From assembly GCA_951406725.2 (NCBI GenBank), contig OX597818.1, forward strand, positions 104,036,001-104,100,000: a stretch of 64,000 nt of DNA, read 5' to 3'. Below the pieces are notes generated by a model. That model was not told the origin of the DNA. It saw nothing but the letters and a program-made list of their open reading frames with translations, and did not search any database. Positions 15,454-29,344 of the stretch are shown one piece after another (within the stretch, counting starts at the first letter, position 1; every line of letters begins with the position of its first letter). The DNA is from Octopus vulgaris (Eukaryota). Position numbers and translations under genes: made by a program.

Positions 15454-15724
15454 GGGGTCATCTTTACTTTGTTATCTCCCCTATTTTCCTGCTCGTGTGT
15501 GACCCTTCTGTCGAGTCAGTCGCCATGATAGATCTTTAGCCACCACAACATACATTTTTTTCTCTCCTTGTTTCTCTCCTTGTTTTTTTCTGTGTTCCTT
15601 TCTATAGAAGAACGTAGGCTCGAAACGTAAAAGAATTTTTTTCTATTCCTGGGCGTTATAGTAATACATCTGTTTGTTTTGTACACTAACTGTCTTCGTC
15701 TCTTGTTTTTATCGTAAACTCTCC

Positions 15725-15727
<3 letters not shown>
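15452..15727 (+). mobile_element. Family F second copy, within (TA)n, with degenerate hammerhead at 15597-15634
   Basis: CCTTT-CTATAGA-A-GAAC GTAG GCTC-GAAACGTA-AAAGA; shares upstream and downstream blocks with the 55-kb copy. Confidence 0.65.
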
Positions 15728-15784
<57 letters not shown>

Positions 15785-15844
15785 GGATGCATCGACGGAT
15801 CGATGAGTGGGTATATGTACGTCTCTTTTAGTTTTTAATTATTA

Positions 15845-16740
15845 TAAATCATCCGCTGAGGAGGGAGCCGGTTTCCAACAAAGATAAAAGGCCCCATCTT
15901 TTGGATGTAGTTAACACAAACGAATTTACATTTGGAACTTGAGAAAAGTCTTGCATATTTTTATTCTTCCACTCATAGATTGGACTTCTAACGTATGAAT
16001 CAATTGGTCAATCTCTCTTTCTGAAAATCCCAGTTTATACAGATTATCCTTTAACCATTTACTTATAAACCTAGTGTTCGAATTATTATGGTTATGAACA
16101 TGAATTCATAGTCTGGATATAGAAGGTGGAGGTTTCGAAGCAGTTGTCCATAGATATCTTCTTTTTCTTTGATTTTCAAAGATATATTTATATCTGAAAG
16201 GCAGCTGACCACCATGATGGTACAAACAACAATATCCGGCCTGTTATGCTTACATTTGACAGAAGTTTTGAACATGCCTCATAGTCATTTTGAACATACA
16301 TGTCAATTGTTTCTATACAATGTCTGCTTCTTGTACCAATATCCAACTATTAGGTCTCATCCAGGTACCTAATTTTGCAGTTTGACTACTGCTAAAGCGA
16401 AAGTTTCTGCATCAATTTTGTATGTTTTGCTGTGAATGTAGGTACAGTATTCTCTCTCAATTATATTTTACCATGATGCCTTCAGGTTGAAATACTTCTT
16501 TTCGTTCCCAATTTTTGACCAGAATGATTGAAGATCTTTGTAAGAGGGAGATTTCTTAATGGTAATATTTTCCTACCTCGTCTCTCTGTATAATGCTTGT
16601 GGGTTGGAAGCAAACTTACGATTGATGCTAGCTCGTTCAAAAATTCACATGCAATGGCGGAGTTTCTCGCTCACCATCCTGAGTTCATGTTTTAAAGAGA
16701 TTGACTTTCCCTCAAGAGCTCGGGGTGAAGAGTTACCATA
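15845..16740 (-). mobile_element. Decayed R4/Dong-like LINE with the RT domain deleted
   Basis: Minus 16740-16320 reads ...INRKFASNPQALYRE...LQSFWSKI...PG*DLIVGYWYKK (pre-RT region). It joins KHNRPDIVV...KIKEKEDIYGQLLRNLHLLYPDY...IIIRTLG (RLE endonuclease), then a 3' UTR. Confidence 0.8.
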
Positions 16741-16767
16741 AATTACGTTAATTTTTATTAAACATTA

Positions 16768-16874
16768 TTAACCACTAGGCCATATGCCCATGGGCATATG
16801 GCGTAGTGGTTAAGGGCGAGGGCTACTAACCCCCAAGATTCCGATTTCGATTCCAGGCAGTGACCTGAGTAGTA

Positions 16875-16919
<45 letters not shown>

Positions 16920-17100
16920 GCATCGAAAAATACCTTAGGAATGAGGACCCAGGTTCGAAATTTTCCCACGTCACCTGATGAAACTTAGAGCGTATATCAG
17001 CTGAAACGTTGTGTTAACAAGAAAGAAAATGAAGACAAATATCCGTCAAATGAAAATAATTTAAATAATGTGCATAATTCCTCATCTCTTAAATATAGAA
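16768..17100 (+). mobile_element. Family E: tRNA-like head + (TAA)n + hammerhead + tail, with palindromic head junction
   Basis: A box TGGCGTAGTGG, B box TTCGATTCC, (TAA)n, CTGATGA at 16975, GAAACGTT at 17003, tail ending CTCATCTCTTAAATATAGAA. 23-bp inverted arms centred at 16790/16791. Confidence 0.8.
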
Positions 17101-17127
17101 CTCTATATCTCCCTCTCCCTCTCTCTC

Positions 17128-17162
<35 letters not shown>

Positions 17163-17173
17163 ATAAATCTATA

Positions 17174-17491
<318 letters not shown>

Positions 17492-18651
17492 TATAGATGT
17501 GCTTCTTTTTCCCTTCTTAATAATTAACACGGAAAAATATATAAATAGTTACCAGTGTAGCAAAGAATCACACAAGGAAAAAGGTTGTAACTCCTTGTTT
17601 TTAAAGGTAGAAACTTCGGGTGTACGTAAAACATTTTGTATAATATAGTTTTTCCATAGGCTACATTTGGCGTTATATACTAGAACGTTTTTTTTAACAA
17701 TCTTAATAGCAATCAGTTAATCACTATACATATCCATCATTTTCTTTTAAAATGTCCTATTGACAAGTTTCATTTCTTCACTTCTCTGAAGAGGAAATTA
17801 CATTGTTTTACACCATTTTATTCCTTTGGAATAATACCAGTGATATCTTCGAAGCATGTGTCGGAAGTAAAAGAATTTGAATAACACCTGCGTTTAACTT
17901 CATTTATATTTATATATAAATATATATATGCGCGTGTGTGTATGTATGCATGTATTTATTTATTTGTGCCTATGTGTGTATAAACAGACCAGTCACAGCC
18001 AATTGTGTATATAGACGAGTTTTCATACTTTCACATTTATAATGGACAAACAAATACTACCACAATTTGGCTTTTTAATTGAATGCATAAAATATACATT
18101 TGGCAAAGCCATCCAGTCTTTTAAAATATATTATTATATAATGTCATAATTTGTTTTTGGTTTGTGTTCAATTAATGAATAACATATAAACTTAAGTGAA
18201 TAGTATATTATATTAATATAATAATTTAGTTATTAGCGAAGATATATATTGTATCGACGAGACGCAATCTTCAACCATATTAGAGAGAAAGTAGTATATT
18301 TTAAGCTTCTTATCTTTCTGTTAAGTTTTAATTGCGTAAGTGAAATGAAATTGCTTCAATGGTAGTTCAAGTTTATATTGCTGTGTTACATAGCAAGGAG
18401 ATTATCTCTTAATAAAACGTCTGGTTATTTCAAAAATAATTGCAAGTCTATATGTAGTGGCATTAGGTCACAGACCTATATGGAACCGCTGTAACGTAGG
18501 CCCCTCATTAATCTAACATGAAGCTAAATAGAACTACTGCTTGATTAATATTTTCAATATTTTTCAATTATTTCTACATTTCAATCGTTTTTATCCTAGG
18601 TTCACCCTAGATCAGGTGTGTGTTTAAGTGGTTTTATACACACTTTTACAA

Positions 18652-18978
18652 TTTTATTTGTTTCAGTCATTTGACTGTGGCCATGCTGGTGAACCGCCTT
18701 TAGTCGAGCAAATCGACCCCAGGACTTATTCTTTGTAAGCCTAGTACTTATTCTATTGGTCTCTTTTGCCGAACCGCGGCGACGTACACACACCACCATC
18801 GGTTGTCAAGCGATGCTAGGAGGACAAACACAGACACACATACATATATATAAACATATATACGACGGGTTTCTTTCATTTCCGTCTACCAAATCCACTC
18901 ACCCGAGGCTATAGAAGACTGAACCCGGAACCATGTGATTCGTAAGCAAGATACTTACCACACAGCCACTCCTACACC
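18652..18978 (-). mobile_element. SINE family B with internal deletions
   Basis: Reverse-complement match. Confidence 0.85.
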
Positions 18979-19479
18979 TATACATATGTGGTCGTTTGTC
19001 CTTATGTGAGTGTGCGTGTGTATTTGGCCGCGAGTGTTTCTAACGCAATTATCATATATTTCATGGTGTCACTTCATAGGTTAACACATGCGTTTCTCTC
19101 TTTTGAGCAATTATAACTAAGCATTGCTACTGTAATTACCAAGGCGTGGATCTAACAGAATGATTAACATGCTGCTCAAAATGCTCAGCTGCATGTCGTC
19201 TGTCTTTATATATCAATATACATCAATATACAATCCAGCTGTAAATGTCCTTTCAAGAAGGCTTATCAAGAAGATTTATCAAGAAACACATTATCCAACC
19301 AGGTCTTGAATATTTTAAGAGATCTGGCGAATATCCTCTCATGTTAGAACGTTTTGTAGATCTGCTCCTAATGTACATTCTTCCACAACTTGTACGATTA
19401 GTCTCCGAGAAATATAGTTTTTTCGATGCGTCGTTAATATTCAAAGCATCCAGTTAAACCCTCACTCGTCTATCTTCTA

Positions 19480-20094
19480 TCATTTATTTGTTTCATTCGT
19501 TGAACCGCGGCCATGCTTGGGTAACGTGGATTGTTTTACTTGAACAAAGCGATCCCAATACTTATTCTATAGCTCTCTTTTACTGAGCTTCTCATTCAAG
19601 GAAAAATAAACAAACCAATACTGGTTATAATGTGATGGGGACAGATAAAGTGATGGAGACGGCGGTGAGCTGGCAGAATCGTTAGCACGCCGGACGAAAT
19701 GCTTAGCGGTATTTCGTCTGCCGTTACGTTCTGAGTTCAAATTCCGCCGAGGTCGACTTTGCCTTTCTTCATTTCAGGGTCGATAAATTAAGTACTAGTT
19801 ACACACTGGGGTCGATGTAATCGACTTAATCCCTTTCTCTGTCCTTGTTTGTCCCCTCTTCGCTTAGTCCCTTGTGAGCAATAAATAAGAGGACAGATAC
19901 AAACACAAAATATATATACACACATATATACGACGGGATTTTTTTTTTCAGTTTCCATCTACCAAAGACACTCAAATTCTTTTGTCGGCCTGGGGCTAAA
20001 GTATATGACGTGCCTAAAGTACCACGCAGTGGGACTGAACCAGAAACCCTGTGTATGCCAAGCGAACCTCTTACCATACAGCTTTGCCAGTGCC
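19480..20094 (-). mobile_element. SINE family B, old, split by SINE A
   Basis: Both halves are collinear around 19661-19890. Confidence 0.75.
19661..19890 (+). mobile_element. SINE family A nested in a family B copy
   Basis: Full consensus match; flanking GGACAGATA repeat. Confidence 0.9.
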
Positions 20095-20529
20095 TGTATT
20101 TGAAATGAATAAACAATTTGGTTTGTAATATACGATTCAAATTTACTAGGGTAGGATATGATTGGAATAAAACAACTTCTTGTCACAGTGTTACTCCGTT
20201 GCAATAACAGATATTAAACAAATTTTGTTCAGGGCAAGGAAATTGCTAGAAGTATGTGGCTTGGAACTAAATTACATTGAGATATAATTTGCCTAGTCAC
20301 CAATTAAACTTTAGCCTAACGTGTATAGATTCATTGCTTCACAATTACCCCCATTATATATATCGGTTTCTTAACATTGTATATGGTCACATGTCAACAT
20401 TTCTTAGTCAGAATTCCTCCTGTACATAGCATGTCCACGTGGAAGCAAGTGATCTCTGACAATCAAGTGTTTAAGTCTCGACACCTGATTCTTTCTTTGT
20501 AATATACAATTATTTCAGGATTTAATTGA

Positions 20530-20830
20530 ATGTGGTGCCCGATGTGTTCTTTAGGGTCCCTCTTTCTTTCATCCATTTGATGGTAAGTAAACTATTTACA
20601 ACTCTTCAGGGTTTGTTCCTCAAAAATCGTGACTTGTAAATTTCATTTTTCTTTCAACCACAATCACTCGCTGACTTGGTAGATCTGCAATTCTCGGGAC
20701 TTCGGAGTTTCAGATTCTGTCCCTGTAAGTGATTTTGAGTATTCTACATGGCTGAAATGCATTTCACCTCTGAGTTACCTTTGTCGTCATTTTTCAAGTT
20801 TCACTTCTGTATACCGTTCAAGGCTGGACA
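20530..20830 (-). mobile_element. Decayed RTE LINE fragment
   Basis: Minus frame reads YRSET*KMTTKVTQR*NAFQPCRILKITYRDRI*NSEVPRIADLPS. Confidence 0.7.
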
Positions 20831-21112
20831 ATGATCTACACAGCCAAGATCTTCATACGGTTGCTAAACCTTGTACTAAACACTGATTGGACATAATTTT
20901 CTCAAACATCACCCATCTACACTTGAACGTAAACAAAATAATCTTATTTCCTCTTCGATTTGAACAAAGGTTAGAGAGAAAGAGAAAGAAAGTAGTGAAA
21001 TTATTTGGATCCTAGAGAAAATATGAGACCACATGACATGATGTAGGTTCCATGATACAGCTGTATGATCCATTGGACGTCTAGTCAGACCATAAACGTT
21101 ATTCTATTTTAA

Positions 21113-21343
21113 GGCGGCGAGCTGGCAGAAACGTTAGTATGCTGGAGGAAGTGTTTAGCGGCATTTCGTCTGTTTTTATGTTCTGAGTTCAAATTCCGCC
21201 AAGGTCGACTTTGCCTTTCATCCTTTCGGGGTCGATACATAAAGTACCAGTTACGCACTGGAGTCGATATAATCGACTTAATCCCTTTGTCTGTCCTTGT
21301 CTGTCCCCGCTATGTTTACCCCCTTGTGGGCAATAAAGAAATA
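21113..21343 (+). mobile_element. SINE family A, full length
   Basis: 13-bp TSD ATAAACGTTATTC at 21092-21104 and 21344-21356. Confidence 0.92.
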
Positions 21344-21488
21344 ATAAACGTTATTCAAACACCAGTAACTGAGTAAAATGGCATAGTTCTTTTATCCATT
21401 ATACCACTGAGTTATAGTAGATAAGAGCGTTATAAACCTAGGTTTAGAAATAAAAGCTTCTAATCCGAATTTATTCTAAGATAATGCA

Positions 21489-21850
21489 AGCATGGTCCAG
21501 TGCGGTTACGGAAATCGCTTGGCAAATGCTTGGTTCTAGGTTTAGTATTATTGCGCCTGGAGTGACTTCTACTATAATCCTGAGTCGAAAATACCTTGTG
21601 AGTAAATTTTGTAGAGAGCAACTATGTGGAAACTTGTCGTATACATAGATGTGTGTGTCTTTGTGATTCTGTTTGTCCCCACTACTAAGTGACAATTAGT
21701 TTTGGTTTACTTACGTGTCTGTAGCATAGTGGTTCGACAAAAACAAAGATAAAATACGTACCAGATTTTAATATAAAGTCTATGGTCGATTTGTTCGACT
21801 AAAATCTTCACGATCGTACCTCACACTGCCATCAGACCAATGGCTGAAGC
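21489..21850 (+). mobile_element. SINE family B, strongly decayed
   Basis: Collinear residual motifs. Confidence 0.6.
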
Positions 21851-23468
21851 GACTAATAGTTATTACAGTAATACCCGGGAATAATACTACTGAGATGATA
21901 TGAGATCAGATTCATCGTACACCACCACCGTATCATTCTTACTATATTTTCGTCAGAATAAATAATGTTTTTTAATTAACTCCCTTAAGCCGGACAAAAT
22001 GGTAAGTGGCATTTTTTCCGATTTATACTTTCTAAGGCCAAATGACACTGAGATGGAATTTGCTATCCACTTATTTGGTTCGATGGAAAAACTGCCAGCT
22101 GAGAAATGGAGGCGGTGTAATCGGTGTAATCACCACAAATACAGGCCTTCTTTCTATAGTAAAAAGAACAATTTCGTTAAGAATTGTTTATTTCTTGGAG
22201 TACATTACTATTATATAACGTCTTGAATTAGCGAGAAGAAAGCAATTTTCAAATACTTATAAACAAACATAGAAAAATTACTTTTACTCGTTGCGAAGTT
22301 GGCCTCGGTTTTGACATGAAAAGGAGAGGTTACCAGTTGTTTCCAAGTACTAACCAGCAACAAACAAGTTTGCGTACATGATGTGTGTGTAACGATATAA
22401 TCTCTTCTTTTGTTCTGTTGGCTGATGCTTCCTTTTATTTTCCCCTTTCAAATGAATTTGCAGTCTTAATGTACTGCGTATGGCGGATATAAAATTCCTC
22501 TGTGAAGGGATAAACCGGAATTAGACAGACAATTGCATATGCGTCAACAACAGCCGCTAAGAAAAAAGATAGCCTCTAATTGCTTATTATAGAACAAATC
22601 TTTTGTTGATTCAATACAATGCTTTTCCACCTTTATCTAACATGCGTTATTTCTCTGCCTCTCTCCATCTCTCTCACTTACTCTTGCTCTTTGTTCTTTT
22701 GTTGTTCTGTTCTCTGTTTAATGTATAGTTATCAAAAGTTAGTTCATCGTCAATATCACATAATTAATTAGCCCTTTATTTCTTCATTCACATTGCTTCT
22801 TTGTCTGTTTGTTTGTTCGTTTCTCTTTTATTAGAATGTGACGCTAAGAAATGCGCAGAGAAGGAGGGCGAGAGAGAAAAGGAGAGGCTACGAGCGCGCG
22901 TGAGGGAGCGAAAGAGTGAGAGAGATAGAGAGAAAGAGAATGTAATCTTCAGGTTTATAAACTTGCAGCACTTATGCTTGTATCTAATTCTTAGAAACCA
23001 TTACAAAATGCACGAGGAAACACAAAATTATTCCAAAGTGAACGTACTCGCATACACTCACGCAAATGCATTTACACACGCACAATCACAGACGTACATA
23101 CAAGCACGCGTGCATTCATACATAACTATAATATACATACACGCATACATACATACATACATACATACATACATACATACATACATACATACATACATAC
23201 ATACATACATACATACACACGCAAGCATGCTTACATACATGCATACACACCAGTACATACATTTGTAAAGAAAAATACTAGACACTCGCAAAAAGGCGAG
23301 ACTTGGTAGAATATACAGTGATCTTCGTGATGAGCAATTATTTTTTAAAACCTAGTAATTATTCTATCAGTTTCGTTTGGCGAAACGCTAAGTTACGGGG
23401 ACGTAAACACACGAACACCAGTTATCAGTGATGGCGGGGATAAAAACAGACACAGAGACACACACAAT

Positions 23469-23505
<37 letters not shown>

Positions 23506-23541
23506 CATGTGTGTGTGTGTGTATGTATATATATTATTTTA

Positions 23542-23840
23542 TGTAGAAAAATACAAACTGGGACAAGAACGTAAAACATTTAGAAGACGATACAAAAAAC
23601 ACGGACGGGACATTCGAAGCAATTTCGGCTGATTAATCTTCAGATCGCTCCGATCCGGCCAGCCCGAAGGAAAAACTAATCTAGGAGCATTAGATTTCTT
23701 GGAAGAAGGATCGAATGTATACGAAACAGGGACAGAAAAACGGACGATGCCACACGAATATAAAATACAAAAAACAATAATGGTAAAAACAGGACAAAAA
23801 CAGCGGGTGTCTTACGACTAATAAACAGTACAAGTTTATC
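23542..23840. mobile_element. Family H copy with internal deletion
   Basis: ATACAAACTGGGACAAGAACGT.AAACATTTAGAAGACGATAC shared with 40120 and 40902. Confidence 0.7.
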
Positions 23841-24050
23841 TGGCGTATTTTGAAAAAATGCCTTTATCGGCAGACGAAGACAACAGATGTTTTCACGGCA
23901 GTGGTCGAAGGCAACAAAGGGGGGAGAAGAGGGAGATGTATATGTATATACATACATATACATATATATGTATATGCATACATGTATATACATACGTACA
24001 TGCATATATATGTATATATATATATATATATATATGTATATGTATGTATG

Positions 24051-24110
<60 letters not shown>

Positions 24111-24116
24111 TATATA

Positions 24117-24512
24117 GGCGCAGGAGTGGCTGTGTGGTAAGTAGCTTGTTTACAAACCACATGGTTCCGGGTTCAGTCCCACTGCGTGGCACCTTTGGCA
24201 AGTGTCTTCTACTATAGCCTCGGGTCGACCAAAGCCTTGTGAGTGGATTTGGTAAACGGAAACTAAAAGAAGCCCGTCGTATATATATATATATGTATGT
24301 ATATGCGTGTGTGTGTTTGTGTGTCTGTGTTTGTCCCCCTAGCAAAGCTTGACAACCGATGCTAGTGTGTTTACGTCCCCGTTACTTAGCGGTTAGAGAC
24401 CGATAGAATTAGTACTGGGCTTACAAAAGAATAAGTTCTGGGGTCGATTTCCTCGATTAAAGGCGGTGCTCCAGCATGGCCGCAGTCAAATGAATGAAAC
24501 AAGTAAAAGAGA
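24117..24512 (+). mobile_element. SINE family B, full length
   Basis: Matches the 57776 copy. Confidence 0.9.
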
Positions 24513-25396
24513 GAAAAAAAAATATATATATATATATATACGACGAGCCGACGAGCTTCTTTCAGTTTCCGTCTCCCTAAATCCAATCAAAAGGTTTTGG
24601 TTGGACCTGGACTATAGTAGAAGACACTTGCCTTCGGTTTCACGCAGTGAAACCGAATCTGAAATCATGTGGTTGGGAAGCAAGTTTCGCATATATTATA
24701 TATGTATCAATGCATAAATGTATGCATTTATGAATCACTCTAATTTATGTCGTCTATCAATTGATCTATCTAACTAAAATGATATTTGTCTAACATATCG
24801 AAAGTCGCGTAAACCTCGTATTTAAAAAGTATTTAAAAAGGAACATTATAAAACAGAGTGACTATTATCTTTATATTCCCAAAATTTCGACATTATGGTC
24901 ATCAGTCAAAGGTGAGACTCTACCCATCGAGTATTCCTGTCACGTGCTTTATTGTTCTCCATCTCCAATGCAAACATTCCATATATGCAGTGACTTCCTA
25001 CGGTATCAGTCGTTCAGAACTGAAGTGCCTTTATTAGTACTGCCTTTAATAGCACAAAGTGTTTAAATCACAATCACTTAGAGTATTAAAAGAAATTTAT
25101 CATATTTTCTTTAGACTGTAAACCATTACATAAGAACGAAAAAATGAATCTCCTATAAAAGGTGTAGGGGTGGGTAAGCAAGTTTCTATACCAAAGTATA
25201 CAGCAGGAATAATCATGGAGTTCGTTAAACGTTTTTAACACTTGTATTTTATATCAGTAGGAAGTCTGAACAAACGTGTAGCACGAGTATTTAAGACACA
25301 ATATTAGGAAATTGAGTGACGCTGGTGTGTATACGAATAAAAATACAGGTTGCATATGCACGTACATGGACACAGACCTACTCGTATCATGTATAT

Positions 25397-25430
<34 letters not shown>

Positions 25431-25433
<3 letters not shown>

Positions 25434-25645
25434 GTGACCGCGTGTCTACCGTTGGCGATTTTTTTTCCTCTGTCTTCCCTTCTCTGGTTCTTTCTTTCTC
25501 CTATGTTTCCGGCGAAGAGCTCCGCTCGCTCGAAACGTTAAACCCTCCTTCTTCCCTTCCTTCCTGAGCGTCCAGTAATACTATATTTGTTCCACGTCCT
25601 TGCGTTGTTGTGCTTTGTCTTTATGTTTTCATGTTTGGATTAACT

Positions 25646-25648
<3 letters not shown>
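25431..25648 (+). mobile_element. Family G PLE-like element with hammerhead-like motif at 25505-25543
   Basis: GTTT-CCGGCGA-A-GAGC..GCTC-GAAACGTT-AAAC; homologous to 56745-56945; (TA)n flanks. Confidence 0.65.
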
Positions 25649-25724
<76 letters not shown>

Positions 25725-26166
25725 TGTGTATGTATATATATATGTATATATGTTTAATGATATTTATATATATATATGCGTATGTGTGTATCTGTGTGAG
25801 TGTGTGTAAATACAGAGGCACATATTGATAAACATAAATGCACATTGATATTCTGCAAATATATTCACGAAAATAATTCGTTGGTGAATTATTAATGTCA
25901 GTCAGAAAACTGAAAAGCAAAGGGAGATAAAATACATGAGAACATTACGGTAAAAGCCTAAGATAAATTTTGGTTGTGAATTATACAAAATATATAATAG
26001 CGCGTTTATTTAATTTCCATCCGTATACAGAGAAAAAGAAATTCAGTAACAGTATAAAGGTAATCTATTGATTTAAAATTAACGAAGGATTGTATAGATT
26101 GGGAAGAACGAAAATGCTTCTACATAGTACTTATTGTACAATGAGTCGATGAGGATAAAATGGAGA

Positions 26167-26200
<34 letters not shown>

Positions 26201-27099
26201 TTATATACATATAAATATACATATATATATACATATATACATACATATATATATATATATACATGTATATATGTATATATATATATATATATACATATAT
26301 ATTTATATATATATACATATATATAATTATATATATATATACATATATATATATTTATACATACATACATACATAAATAAATAATACATACATACATACA
26401 TACATACATACATACATACACACATACATACATACATACATACATATATCAAAGTATGTAGAGTTGATAAGAAAATGAATTTAAGATAATAAAGGCATTG
26501 CGAACGGAAATGAAATCAGTCAGAGGCCAGGAATAGCATGATTATGGTCAGAATTGTTAGTAATATATTCTGGGAATAGTAAATGAAATTATACAAAAAA
26601 AAAAAATCTTGGATAGAAGTTTGTGGATCTAGGCATTTAAAAGGAAACTTTGAAATATGGAGACCCCAATTATCTTTTTACTTAGAAACATCAACGATGC
26701 AGCGATGGTTTTAATCTGCAGTAATCTATGATGCTAATTAGCAGACTTAGTTATGATCGGAGAGACCTACGATCGGAGAATGGTATTACGTTACTAACGC
26801 GGTCATCATTCACGACTGCTCGGATTTTCTTATCTAATACGTACTTTGCATATTATGATTTGTGATTTCAGATGTAATTGATTGTTATTTTAGCGGGTGT
26901 ACAGCACTTGTGCTTGCGCGTTTAGCTATTGTATAATCTTTATTTCATGCCAATGAACGCGTATAAAATGTAAAATTTCTAATATTCAATCCTATTAAAA
27001 CAAAAACATACACATACGCAGGAACGCACTCACCAGCACAGAGACGCACGCAAGCACACAGACACACACACACACGTACGTATTTATGTATGTATCTCC

Positions 27100-27192
<93 letters not shown>

Positions 27193-27265
27193 TGTATATA
27201 TATATATATATATATTTATATATAGATATACATATCTATATATATGCGTGTGTGTATCGATAATG

Positions 27266-27301
<36 letters not shown>

Positions 27302-27625
27302 AGCTAGATAGGTAGATAAATAGATAGATAGACAGATAGAGAGATAGGTAGGTAGATAGATAGATAAAATTATTTACAAATGGATGCGAGGTGTTCAATC
27401 CAATAATAATATACATAATATATATATATACATATGCATGTATATATATATATATATATATACATACATACGAAAGTATGTATATATATATATACATATC
27501 TACATATCTATACATATATATTTAGATATATATATAGATATATATACATATATAGATATATAGATATTTACATGCATATATATATCAATATATAAATATA
27601 TATATATTTACATTATATATATATC

Positions 27626-27677
<52 letters not shown>

Positions 27678-27956
27678 GTAGAAATATGTTACGAAAAGAA
27701 AATATAAAATACACGTGGAAATGTAAGGGTAAAATATGAAAAATCAACAAAAATGCACATTGCAAATAGAAAAAGGGTATTTATGACAGGTAGTGACAAA
27801 TATATACATTTAGATTGATTGAGGTAGTATTACGAGTCATAAAGGTCATTATTATGAGATGATTATAAGATGATTATAAAGTAAGAGAACAAAAAGAACC
27901 AGTGATTTACGCGAAGGCTATTCATCGTTTGAACAACACCAATTAATATAGGGTGT

Positions 27957-28514
<558 letters not shown>

Positions 28515-28532
28515 ATATATATATACAGAAAG

Positions 28533-29330
28533 TATACGAACTGTTACACAGTAACGGTGCTAAAGTACCCCGAATGACGCCGCTTGGTACATATTGACCT
28601 TTACCTCTGCTGTGCATGTGCACTAACTTTTAATGTTTAGCTCACCTCCCCTGTTCACAGCAGTGCTTCGAAGGAATATGTGTAGCGTGTGGTCGTCGCC
28701 TTGACCATGACAAAGAAAGTTTTCCTGGCTATACCTTCTGAGAAACCTATGCAAAGTTGCAGAAATTGTATGGAGAAGAGCGAATGAGCCGCACAGATGC
28801 GTACGAGTGCCTCAGACGTTTCCATGATGGCCGAAAAAATGGCGATATTGACAAACGTTTTGAAAAATCCGCGACCAGCAGAACTGAGAGAAACATCGCA
28901 TATGTGCTTGCAGATGTGAGGAGAAATTGTCGAATCACAATCCGTAAGTTTTCAGAAGATGGGCAGACTAGTTACAGTTCAGTCACTTATCACTGAAGAT
29001 TTTGGTATGGGACGCGTGCCTAGCAACTTTGTACCAAAGCTGCTTTCAGGTGAATTCCCCGCCACAAAAAAGAGTTTCAGGTGCACAAGATCTCGATTAT
29101 ACCGAGAACGATGAAAATTTTCTGAAAGCTTTGCGTAGGCCTCTGAACAGGTATCGCCAAGCTTTTGGCGAAATTTGGTGCAGATTCTCTCCTCAACTTT
29201 CTTTTCCATAGTCAATGCGACGATCACAAGCTACACAGCTTCCTTCAAAGCACAGCTGTAAACAAAGGTATTAAGCTAGAACGATAAATTTAATAGGCAT
29301 GCACAACAGTGTTTAAGGTCATCGACAAAA
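28533..29330. mobile_element. Mariner-derived non-autonomous element made of two inverted 5' ends (irritans-like)
   Basis: Plus strand: YGEERMSRTDAYECLRRFHDGR...RITIR...FVPKLLS. Minus 29227-29125: EERICTKFRQKLGDTCSEAYAKL. 5' UTR arms 28593-28760 and 29125-29322 are inverted homologues. Confidence 0.75.
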
Positions 29331-29344
29331 CTTGGGTGTTGCAT

